From the IMG/VR virus record IMGVR_UViG_3300025078_000026, positions 1 through 24,251 of that record: a DNA stretch of 24,251 nucleotides; one strand, written 5' to 3'. The notes under the pieces are model-generated. The model made no database searches and was not told the origin of the DNA. It saw only the letters and a program-made list of their open reading frames with translations. Source of the DNA: a virus (taxonomy: Duplodnaviria; Caudoviricetes). Shown here piece after piece: positions 16,881 to 24,251 of the stretch; position 1 is the stretch's first letter; each line of letters starts with the position of its first letter. The position numbers and the translations under genes were made by a program.

Positions 16881-19800
16881 ATGACTATTGGTCAAACACT
16901 AATGTTAAAAATCAACGCAGCGTTGGCTGTGCGTGGTGCAAAACAATTTCAAGGTGCTGCTGCGGGTGTAAGTGGGTCTGCCTTAGCGGCAGGTAAAAGT
17001 GTTAATACACTTGGTTTAAACCTCCGTATGCTTGTGGGCGGTTTTCTTGGTCTATATGTGATTCGTGATGCTATCAAGACAATGGTTGACTTTGAAAAAA
17101 CCATGCGTAGTGTGCAAGTTGTTGTAGGCTTGAGTGATGAAAAGATGAAGGGGTTAAACAAAACTGCTCGTGAACTCGGAGCAACAACAAGGTTCACTGC
17201 AACAGAAGCAGGTGAGGGCATGGCTTTCCTCGCAAGAGCAGGTTTTGAGACACACGATGTTATGGAAATGATTCCCCATACTTTGAACCTTGCTACTGCC
17301 GCTGTTATTGAACTGGGCGCAGCGAGTGACATGGTTGCTAATACAATTCACCAATTCAACCTAACGGGTCGTGATGCAGAGCGTGTAGTAGATTCTTTGA
17401 TGATTACCGCAAATAGTTTTAATACAACTGTATTCCAACTAGGTAATGCTATGCAATATGCAGGTACTTTCGCAGGTGCTTTAGGTATTTCTCTTGAAGA
17501 GACAAATGTAGCCTTGGGTCTTATGGCTAACACTGGTATTAAATCATCAATGGCAGGTACGGCGTTGCGTGGTGTTTTTGCGGCTTTAATTAAACCAACA
17601 GACAAAGCAATGAGGGCTATTAAAAGACTTGGGCTAACTGCTGCTGATGTGAACCCCGCCATACACACATTAGAAGAAGTGTTTCACAGTCTCAATGAAG
17701 CAGGTAAGAAACTAGGCGATTCTACTGAGTTCGCAGCGTTGATGTTGCAGATTTTTGCTCGTAGACCTGTTCCTGGTGCATTGGCGTTAGCAGAATTAAA
17801 TGAAGAAATGGGTACGGCGGTTCAGAGACAAAGAGATTTGGCAGAAGAGACTGCAAGGGCTGCTGCAATGATGGACGATACCTTTTTCGGTTCATTAAAA
17901 ATGTTACGCTCCGCTATCCAAGAAACATGGTTAAGTCTTGGGGATACTGGTTTGGGTGGTGCGTTGCGCGCGCTTGTAGATGTAATGACAGGTACAGCAA
18001 GAATGTTTGCGGGTATGTCCTATTCTGTTGAAAAGTTTTATGGGTGGGCTAAGGCTCTTAGTATAATTCTTAAATTCATTGTTGCTAGATTCGTTGCAAT
18101 GATGGTAATTAAAATGGTTATTGGTTTATTTTTCAGTCTATTGAGTGTGGTAGTTATGCTAACAAAAGGCTTTAAGGGATTAGCAGCAGCACAGTCATTG
18201 ACTATCGTTGGCGCAATAGCATCAGCAGTTGCCATACTTATCACAATGTATTGGGAGTGGGCTGAGGGTATAGCCGCAGTAGAGAAACAGCAAGAAAAAG
18301 TAAATGACGCAATGATTTCGGGGATGAATAGGGTAGGTATGGCTAAGGATGCGGAAACTGCCACAGAATCTATACAACACTTATCAGATTCCTTGGAAAA
18401 GTTTGAATTGGCAAAGAATGAAGCCTTCAAAAGTATATATCCCAGGGAGATGCGTATTATAGAGGATATGGGAGATGATATAGTCAATTACACAGGTAGG
18501 AAAGAGAGAATCATGACAACTAAGGATGACCCTAATGCTGAGATTGGTTGGATAGAAGTCTATTCAGGCGAGGATAGATGGGTAAAACCAAGCAAGGCTT
18601 TACAAGACTATATAGATGCTATAAAAAATGGTAATAAGTATTTAGCAGAAATGATAGCAGAACATGGTTTGTTAGAGCAAAAACTTACGAGCGCATATAC
18701 TGATGCCACGAGTGCTGTGACTGATTACTCAAAAGCATCAACAACAGAATTGAAAGCAATTGTTGATTCAACTTCAAACTTAATAAAGTTCATAAATGCA
18801 ATGACAAAATCAGACATTGCAAAAAACTTGGGGCATGATGCAGATTTTGTTAAAAAACTTATTCTATCCTTGAACGAATTGGCGGATACAAGAAGAAAAG
18901 CACGGGGGCAATTAGGTATGCCAACTGGAGATGATGAAGCCGCAGAAAAAGTATTTGAAATGATAGAGGCTCTGGACGAACAAATAGCGGTAATGCACTT
19001 AGTTGGAGATGAGAAACGAAGAGCAATTGCTTTCAACAAGATATGGAACGAAGTAACGAAAGCAGGAACTTCGCTACATTGGGATGAGGCTATGTTGCTT
19101 ATGAAAAAGAACTTCATACTCCAAGACGGCATTGAAGCAAGAGCAAAATTAACAGAAGAACAACGAAAAGCGACAGCCGAGGCACAAAAACTAGAGACAG
19201 CAAGAAAAAGTCAAATAGAGGCAACAAAAAACCATATTGCGTCTATGAAAGAAGAAATTTTGATTCTTCAACAACAAATAGCAGGTGGGACAGAAGCAGC
19301 GAACGCTATTGACTTGCAAAGAGTAGCAAGAGAGGCTTGGATAAAAACAGAAGATATGGCTTTCTTGTTGAGGGTGGCATATATGGCTCATGTAGTAGAA
19401 CTTACTAAAAAATTACAACTACTCAAAGCCGCACAAGATGACTCAATTGGGGCATTTGATGCACTAAATCTGGCAATGGATATTAAGAGAGAACAAGCAG
19501 CCCCTAAAGATGAGGCAGATGCGTTTGCTCGTGTAAGATATGAACAAGATGCAAGAATGGCGTGGCAAGAACAATACGGAATGATGATGGAAGAGCAAGG
19601 GAAAGCAGAATTAGACCTCTTAATGAAGAAATATGACGCTTATCAAAAAGAAAAAGATTTAAAAGAGGAAATGCTTGTTACAAATGAACAAATGGCTCAA
19701 GCAATGACTCAAGGCATTATGGATGTAGTTAAAGGTGCAAAGTCAATGGAAGAAGCGTTTGTAGGCGTAGTCTTACAACTTGTTGAAATGATTATTCAAG

Positions 19801-20174
19801 CAGTTATATACAAAATGATTATGGGGGCAATGGGCGGTATATTCCCAGGCGGAGGTATAGGTGCTGCTAGGCAAGGGGCAGTTATGTCTGGTGGAGACAT
19901 GCAAAACTTCGCAACAGGTGGTGTAGTCCATAGACCTACCATGTTCCCAATGGCTAGTGGAGGTGTAGGCTTGATGGGAGAAGCAGGAGCAGAAGCAATT
20001 ATGCCACTCACCCGTATGCCTTCAGGAGATTTAGGTGTGAAAGCCCAGGGCGGGGGCGGAAAAAATGTTATAGTAAACATGAACATAACCACACAAGATG
20101 CAGACTCATTCAGAAAATCAAAGAAACAAATCGCAAGGGATATGGGAAGAGGTATTAAAGGGGCAGAAATGTAA
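16881..20174 (+). CDS. Tape measure protein (1097 aa)
   Basis: TP901-type core (ARELGATTRFTATEAGEGM.FLARAGF, GIKSSMAGT.LR), hydrophobic segments, and a GTA-like C-terminus (FATGGVV..PT.F...GLMGEAG.EAIMPL.R...G.LGV). Confidence 0.95.
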   Translation: MTIGQTLMLKINAALAVRGAKQFQGAAAGVSGSALAAGKSVNTLGLNLRMLVGGFLGLYVIRDAIKTMVDFEKTMRSVQVVVGLSDEKMKGLNKTARELGATTRFTATEAGEGMAFLARAGFETHDVMEMIPHTLNLATAAVIELGAASDMVANTIHQFNLTGRDAERVVDSLMITANSFNTTVFQLGNAMQYAGTFAGALGISLEETNVALGLMANTGIKSSMAGTALRGVFAALIKPTDKAMRAIKRLGLTAADVNPAIHTLEEVFHSLNEAGKKLGDSTEFAALMLQIFARRPVPGALALAELNEEMGTAVQRQRDLAEETARAAAMMDDTFFGSLKMLRSAIQETWLSLGDTGLGGALRALVDVMTGTARMFAGMSYSVEKFYGWAKALSIILKFIVARFVAMMVIKMVIGLFFSLLSVVVMLTKGFKGLAAAQSLTIVGAIASAVAILITMYWEWAEGIAAVEKQQEKVNDAMISGMNRVGMAKDAETATESIQHLSDSLEKFELAKNEAFKSIYPREMRIIEDMGDDIVNYTGRKERIMTTKDDPNAEIGWIEVYSGEDRWVKPSKALQDYIDAIKNGNKYLAEMIAEHGLLEQKLTSAYTDATSAVTDYSKASTTELKAIVDSTSNLIKFINAMTKSDIAKNLGHDADFVKKLILSLNELADTRRKARGQLGMPTGDDEAAEKVFEMIEALDEQIAVMHLVGDEKRRAIAFNKIWNEVTKAGTSLHWDEAMLLMKKNFILQDGIEARAKLTEEQRKATAEAQKLETARKSQIEATKNHIASMKEEILILQQQIAGGTEAANAIDLQRVAREAWIKTEDMAFLLRVAYMAHVVELTKKLQLLKAAQDDSIGAFDALNLAMDIKREQAAPKDEADAFARVRYEQDARMAWQEQYGMMMEEQGKAELDLLMKKYDAYQKEKDLKEEMLVTNEQMAQAMTQGIMDVVKGAKSMEEAFVGVVLQLVEMIIQAVIYKMIMGAMGGIFPGGGIGAARQGAVMSGGDMQNFATGGVVHRPTMFPMASGGVGLMGEAGAEAIMPLTRMPSGDLGVKAQGGGGKNVIVNMNITTQDADSFRKSKKQIARDMGRGIKGAEM

Positions 20175-20187
20175 ATGGAGTTAATGA

Positions 20188-21258
20188 ATGTCGTTTTATG
20201 AAATACGGTTTCCCACCAACATATCTTACGGGTCAGCAGGAGGTCCTGGGTTTTCTACAACTGTTGTAGGTCTTGATACAGGAGCAGAGCAAAGAGTATC
20301 AAGATGGAGTAAGTCAAAAAGACAATATGATGTATCGTATGGCGTAAAAACTTTTCAAGACTTGCAAGATGTCTTAGAGTTTTATATGTCTGTTAAGGGT
20401 GCGGCGTATGGTTTTCGCTACAAAGATTGGATAGATTTTACAACGGCTACTGATGGGCGTTCTTCTTATGAAGATGACTCTGCTTATGTCCCTTTGTACA
20501 CTAATACCACAGGGGATACAATAGCGGTCAGCCTATCCTTACAACTAACTAAACGATATAGTGTGGTAGATGCTGATGGTGGTGATACACCTGTTGTTAT
20601 CCGAAATCTAACAAAACCAGTTAAGGATAAAATTAAGATTGCTAGGTCAAGTAATGGAAGCACTTTCACTGAGATAACCCAAGGGCTTAGTGGGTGGACA
20701 GTTAATCCTGCAACAGGTATTGTTACTGTATCTTCTGGTGCTGCTATTGAGGATGACGAAACAGTTTATGGTGCTTGTGAGTTCGATGTTCCTGTTAGAT
20801 TTACAAAAGATATGGATGATTTACTATCTATTTCCATTGACACTTTTGATACAGGGAATACGGATGCAATTAGTTTAGTAGAAATAATTGACCACAGTGA
20901 ACACTTTGATGAATACTTTTATGGGGGTTCTTCAACAATTACAGTAAATGGGGACATAACAATAGCGTTTGGGCAGGGCAGAGTAATAGCGTTAGACCCT
21001 GAAAACGTATCGGGCGATAAAGTTATTTTGCCCGACCCGTGGTCGCTCCCTCCTGGTGGACCTTATTTTTACCTACTAAACCGACACGCCTCTTATACTA
21101 TGGAATTAAGTGATGCTCGTGAAGAAGCGAGTGGTCATGATAGTAATAGTTCCGTAGGTCTAAGTGGTACTCTTGCAGCAGATTCATCAACGACAATGTG
21201 GATAAGCGAGTTCTCAGATGGCTCAAGGCAGTGGAACAAGTGGGATACTAACCCATGA
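20188..21258 (+). CDS. Distal tail protein (DUF2460, RcGTA g12-like) with a ~120-aa C-terminal extension
   Basis: F.E.RFP..ISYGS.GGPGFST.V, G.AYGFRYKDW.D and EFDVPVRF motifs. The core ends near ISLVEI, followed by an extra domain. Confidence 0.92.
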   Translation: MSFYEIRFPTNISYGSAGGPGFSTTVVGLDTGAEQRVSRWSKSKRQYDVSYGVKTFQDLQDVLEFYMSVKGAAYGFRYKDWIDFTTATDGRSSYEDDSAYVPLYTNTTGDTIAVSLSLQLTKRYSVVDADGGDTPVVIRNLTKPVKDKIKIARSSNGSTFTEITQGLSGWTVNPATGIVTVSSGAAIEDDETVYGACEFDVPVRFTKDMDDLLSISIDTFDTGNTDAISLVEIIDHSEHFDEYFYGGSSTITVNGDITIAFGQGRVIALDPENVSGDKVILPDPWSLPPGGPYFYLLNRHASYTMELSDAREEASGHDSNSSVGLSGTLAADSSTTMWISEFSDGSRQWNKWDTNP

Positions 21259-21737
21259 CTCTTACTCTTCCAAAATTTTATGGGGGGTACGAAAAGTTTC
21301 AGTGGACAGGAAATAGGTATTTAGGCACACTATCAAAACGATTTTTAAGAGTTGGCTCATTTGAGCATGAGGGTTCTCTGTACTTACCCCCTGCCAATGT
21401 TCTTCCTATAATTAGGGGTGGTGCGATATTTACAATTTGGAATGTTGGGTATCACAATATACTTTTAAAAGATAATCAGGGTGGTAGTGTTGGGTGCATT
21501 CAAGGCACAGGGGCGACAGGAGTAGATGCTTGTTGGACAAATGTTTTTTTATTAGACTCATCTACAGCAGCGGGTGAGTGGCATATAAATTGTGCTACTT
21601 GCGTTGACCCCCATGATTCAACCACAACCGACTCTACATTCTCAGATGATTGTATACCAGGTGTAGACTGCGAAACAACAACAACAACTACAGAAACAGA
21701 CGATGACGGAAATGTGCATCACCACCAAGCACATTAA
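21255..21737 (+). CDS. Paralog of the Dit extension domain with a Cys/Thr/Asp/His-rich tail (160 aa)
   Basis: ATGA-coupled to Dit. Shares FYGG..LP....GG..F...N...L.D..G...W with the Dit extension. Tail reads DSTTTDST..CETTTTTTETDDD..HHHQAH. Confidence 0.75.
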   Translation: MTLTLPKFYGGYEKFQWTGNRYLGTLSKRFLRVGSFEHEGSLYLPPANVLPIIRGGAIFTIWNVGYHNILLKDNQGGSVGCIQGTGATGVDACWTNVFLLDSSTAAGEWHINCATCVDPHDSTTTDSTFSDDCIPGVDCETTTTTTETDDDGNVHHHQAH

Positions 21738-21739
21738 GC

Positions 21740-22816
21740 ATGAGTAACATTGAACTAATAAATGCCGATGCACAATTCTCTTATTCCGTTGTTATCCCTA
21801 CGCACAACGAGATTCGTGACCTTGAGGTAACAGTTGCAATGGTTTGGGCTAGTGAGCCAAGACCTATTGAGATTATTGTTGTTGATGATTGTGGGGATGA
21901 TGATGTTAAAGAAAGATTAAGTTCGTTTCCTGATGTCAAAGTAGTTAGAACACCTAAACGATTGGGTGCGGGCGGGGCTAAACGATTCGGGGCAAACTTA
22001 GCAACGGGTGATGTTATTGTAATAATGGATTCTCACATGAGAATGCCATACAACTGGCTATTAACAGTGGACGAAGCATTAGACCGTTATCCACAAGCGA
22101 TTTTTTGCTGTGCTTGTATAAACTTCAGGTGTAAATGGGTTGGTAGCGGAGCAAAATGGAGCAGGGCTACAACAGAAAAATCATCAGATGTTTTTATGAA
22201 ACAATCATGGATGAATAGGGGGGAACACGATGTAGTAGACCGTTGTGATAGTTTGCTTGGTGGTTGCTATTTCATACCTAGATATATCTGGGAAGTCATG
22301 GGAGGATTAAACCCCTCGCTTTATGGTTGGGGATACGAAGAACATGACTTGTCTTTAAGGGCTTATATGATGGGGTTTGAGGTAAGAAGAATAAATAGCA
22401 TTGGTATACAGCACCGATTCCAAAAAGAACTAAAAGAACCTAAAAAGGGCTTTCCAAACACATACGCAGATTTCAACGCTATGGCAGTTGCATCTTGTAT
22501 TTTTGAGGACGGTGTGTTTGAGAAACTTTATTACCCGTTCTTTAAACAAGTTGCTCCTATCCATGCGATTGTTCAGTTTGAAGATGCTATTGACGAAATA
22601 AATCAATTTAGGGATTTTGTCCAAGCCAAACGAATGTATTCCGATTCTGATTTACCCGCACTTTGTAACTTCCGACTTCCAACACTAAGGGAGCAACAGG
22701 AAATGGTTGATTGTATTATGAGGCACAAGGGAGAATCAACTAAAGAGTGTAGAAGAAAAAGCAGAAATTGCAAGGATTGCAAAGAGAAAGAAAAACAAGG
22801 AGTAGTCAAAGCATGA
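21740..22816 (+). CDS. GT-A fold glycosyltransferase, polypeptide GalNAc-transferase-like (GT2/GT27)
   Basis: SVVIPTHNE, EIIVVDD, GA..ATGDVIVIMDSH (DxH), GGCYFI.R..W...GG......WGYEEHDLSLR....G, and GIQHRF. Confidence 0.9.
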   Translation: MSNIELINADAQFSYSVVIPTHNEIRDLEVTVAMVWASEPRPIEIIVVDDCGDDDVKERLSSFPDVKVVRTPKRLGAGGAKRFGANLATGDVIVIMDSHMRMPYNWLLTVDEALDRYPQAIFCCACINFRCKWVGSGAKWSRATTEKSSDVFMKQSWMNRGEHDVVDRCDSLLGGCYFIPRYIWEVMGGLNPSLYGWGYEEHDLSLRAYMMGFEVRRINSIGIQHRFQKELKEPKKGFPNTYADFNAMAVASCIFEDGVFEKLYYPFFKQVAPIHAIVQFEDAIDEINQFRDFVQAKRMYSDSDLPALCNFRLPTLREQQEMVDCIMRHKGESTKECRRKSRNCKDCKEKEKQGVVKA

Positions 22817-23802
22817 CAGTATCCTTTACATCCCAATTAAAAACAATTAACGAGAACACTGTTCATCGTTATGCTGTTATTTGGCGGTTGATAAGAAAAG
22901 ATGGAACAATTTTTAGATTCACAGACCACAACACAGACATTACTTACAAGAGTCATTTATACAAAGCGGCTATAGGGTTTGCTGTTTCTGCAACACAACT
23001 AACTAGCGGTATGTCAGAATCAAATAAAACAAGCACAGGAATACTTATTCCTGTTGGTGTTACTGAAGTAGATGGGTTTACGGAGTCAGATATTCGTGGG
23101 GGTAAATATAGAAGTGCCGCTATCACGGAGAAACTGATTGATTGGCAGTACCCTTGGTTAAATGAGTTATATATGACGAGGTACACTCTTGCAGACATTG
23201 TAAATGATGGTTTTGGTTGGAAAGCAGAATTGATTTCACAAGCAAAGTTTTTAAGGCTTCCTGTTGGGAAGATTTACAACAGAAATTGCCGTCACAATTT
23301 GGGTCAAGAACACCACCATAGAGCATCTGATGGTACTACATTAACCAAGTTTAATCCTGGTTGTGGGGTAAACTTGGGCGGGAATATGCAAATTACAGGT
23401 TACGGCGGTCTGGCAATACAACAAACAACAACAGTTACAAAAGTAACCTTAGCAAGAAATAAATTTAGCGTTGATGAGGACGATGTTGCTACTGGTTACA
23501 TTGCCCAAGTTTGGAGATATGGAACTATTAAATTCACAAGTGGGCTTAATGATGGAGAAGAATTTCCTATTGCGTCCTCATCACAAGCAACTGGGGGGGG
23601 CGATGCTGATGACCACAGTGAAATTACTCTTTTCATTGATACGCCATACGATATAGAGGTTGGTGATACTTGTCTTATGACTGTTGGGTGCAATAAAACA
23701 CACTCGGCTTGTGCGGGTAAGTTTGGTAATTTAGACAATTTTGGTGGGTTTCCTGATATTCCTGGTATGGATAGAGCCATGTTCATACCAGATAGGGTTT
23801 GA
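22813..23802 (+). CDS. Baseplate hub protein (DUF2163 / BR0599, RcGTA g13-like)
   Basis: WRLIRKDG..FRFTDH, C...LG...C and GCNKT...C..KFGN..NFGGFP.IPG motifs. The ATG at 22813 forms an ATGA overlap with the GT stop and is preferred over 22768. Confidence 0.92.
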   Translation: MTVSFTSQLKTINENTVHRYAVIWRLIRKDGTIFRFTDHNTDITYKSHLYKAAIGFAVSATQLTSGMSESNKTSTGILIPVGVTEVDGFTESDIRGGKYRSAAITEKLIDWQYPWLNELYMTRYTLADIVNDGFGWKAELISQAKFLRLPVGKIYNRNCRHNLGQEHHHRASDGTTLTKFNPGCGVNLGGNMQITGYGGLAIQQTTTVTKVTLARNKFSVDEDDVATGYIAQVWRYGTIKFTSGLNDGEEFPIASSSQATGGGDADDHSEITLFIDTPYDIEVGDTCLMTVGCNKTHSACAGKFGNLDNFGGFPDIPGMDRAMFIPDRV

Positions 23803-23804
23803 AC

Positions 23805-24251
23805 ATGATTAAAGAAACCACAAAACTATTGCCTAGAATGGCGGTTGTTGAAGCGGCGAGAAAGTATCTCGGTCATCCGTGGGTGTGGGGCGGAAGAGGT
23901 AGGGGTGGTACTGGTCTTGATTGTGGTGGGTTGTGGATAGTAGTTCTTGAAGATTTAGGTCTTCAGGACTTAATGCCCAACTACAACATTACAAGCGACA
24001 AGGGTATGATGAAGTTTACTGACGAGGATATTAAGAGTCTATATGGGCTTGTAGCAAAAGCATGGATTGAAATACCACCAGAAGAAGCGGGGATTGGTGA
24101 CTGCGAGATGTATTTCCTTCGTGACCGCAATGTTTCTTGTCATTGTTCGATACTGACCGATAAGGGCTTTATACACACGCACGAGGGTGTTGGTAAGGTT
24201 GTTGAAACGACAAGATGCCGATTTTGGAACAAGCGAGTAACAGGAGCATTC
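23805..24251 (+). CDS. NlpC/P60 tail-associated peptidase (RcGTA g14-like), 3'-truncated
   Basis: Hand translation (absent from the ORF track): MIKETTKLLPRMAVVEAARKYLGHPWVWGGRGRGGTGLDCGGL...IGD...SCHCSILTDKGFIHTH...VVET...FWNKRVTGAF. Cys-His-His triad present. Confidence 0.9.
   Translation, partial: MIKETTKLLPRMAVVEAARKYLGHPWVWGGRGRGGTGLDCGGLWIVVLEDLGLQDLMPNYNITSDKGMMKFTDEDIKSLYGLVAKAWIEIPPEEAGIGDCEMYFLRDRNVSCHCSILTDKGFIHTHEGVGKVVETTRCRFWNKRVTGAF

Noticed and set aside
16949-20092. Multiple minus-strand ORFs inside the tape measure gene (and similar ones within other structural genes)
   Set aside because: Antisense shadow frames expected from codon bias; no SDs or motifs.
22768-22812. Upstream start for the hub gene given in the ORF track
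   Set aside because: It is a TTG deep inside the GT gene. The ATG at 22813 gives a standard ATGA overlap and the expected N-terminus.
21740-22816. GT as a DNA-modifying or serotype-converting enzyme
   Set aside because: Not excluded but ranked lower. There are no base-modification or gtrAB-like membrane partners nearby and no TM helix, and the gene is coupled to late structural genes.
20188-24251. A true gene transfer agent (RcGTA) cluster
   Set aside because: Only the tail-tip genes are GTA-like. The head module, long tape measure and accessory genes indicate a phage.
1-24251. Stop-codon reassignment, tRNAs, integrase, introns or inteins
   Set aside because: Genes are full length and tightly packed under the standard code, with TAA, TGA and TAG all used as stops. 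I saw no cloverleaf, recombinase or splicing signature by eye.

Overview
The window is the virion morphogenesis region of a tailed dsDNA phage or prophage, siphovirus-type (tail tube and long tape measure, no sheath). The + strand order is: partial TerS, TerL, a small gene, two membrane proteins (lysis candidates), an adaptor plus a 983-aa repeat fibre, portal, Zn-finger, Mu gpF-like head protein, scaffold, P22-coat-like capsid, two Lys-rich paralogs, head-tail connectors, tail tube, tail chaperone with a -1 frameshift, tape measure, and an RcGTA-like tail tip (DUF2460, DUF2163, NlpC/P60; the last is truncated and missing from the ORF track). A three-gene antisense cassette (metallophosphoesterase, HExxH mini-protein, unknown) sits between gpF and the scaffold. 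The standout is a glycosyltransferase with polypeptide GalNAc-transferase-like motifs, wedged into the baseplate operon next to a Dit-domain paralog with a Thr-rich tail. This is a candidate virion O-glycosylation system. A structured G.U-rich element and repeated C-GRGAW-G hairpins precede the scaffold and capsid genes. All family calls come from motif recognition by eye and gene order; no searches were run.
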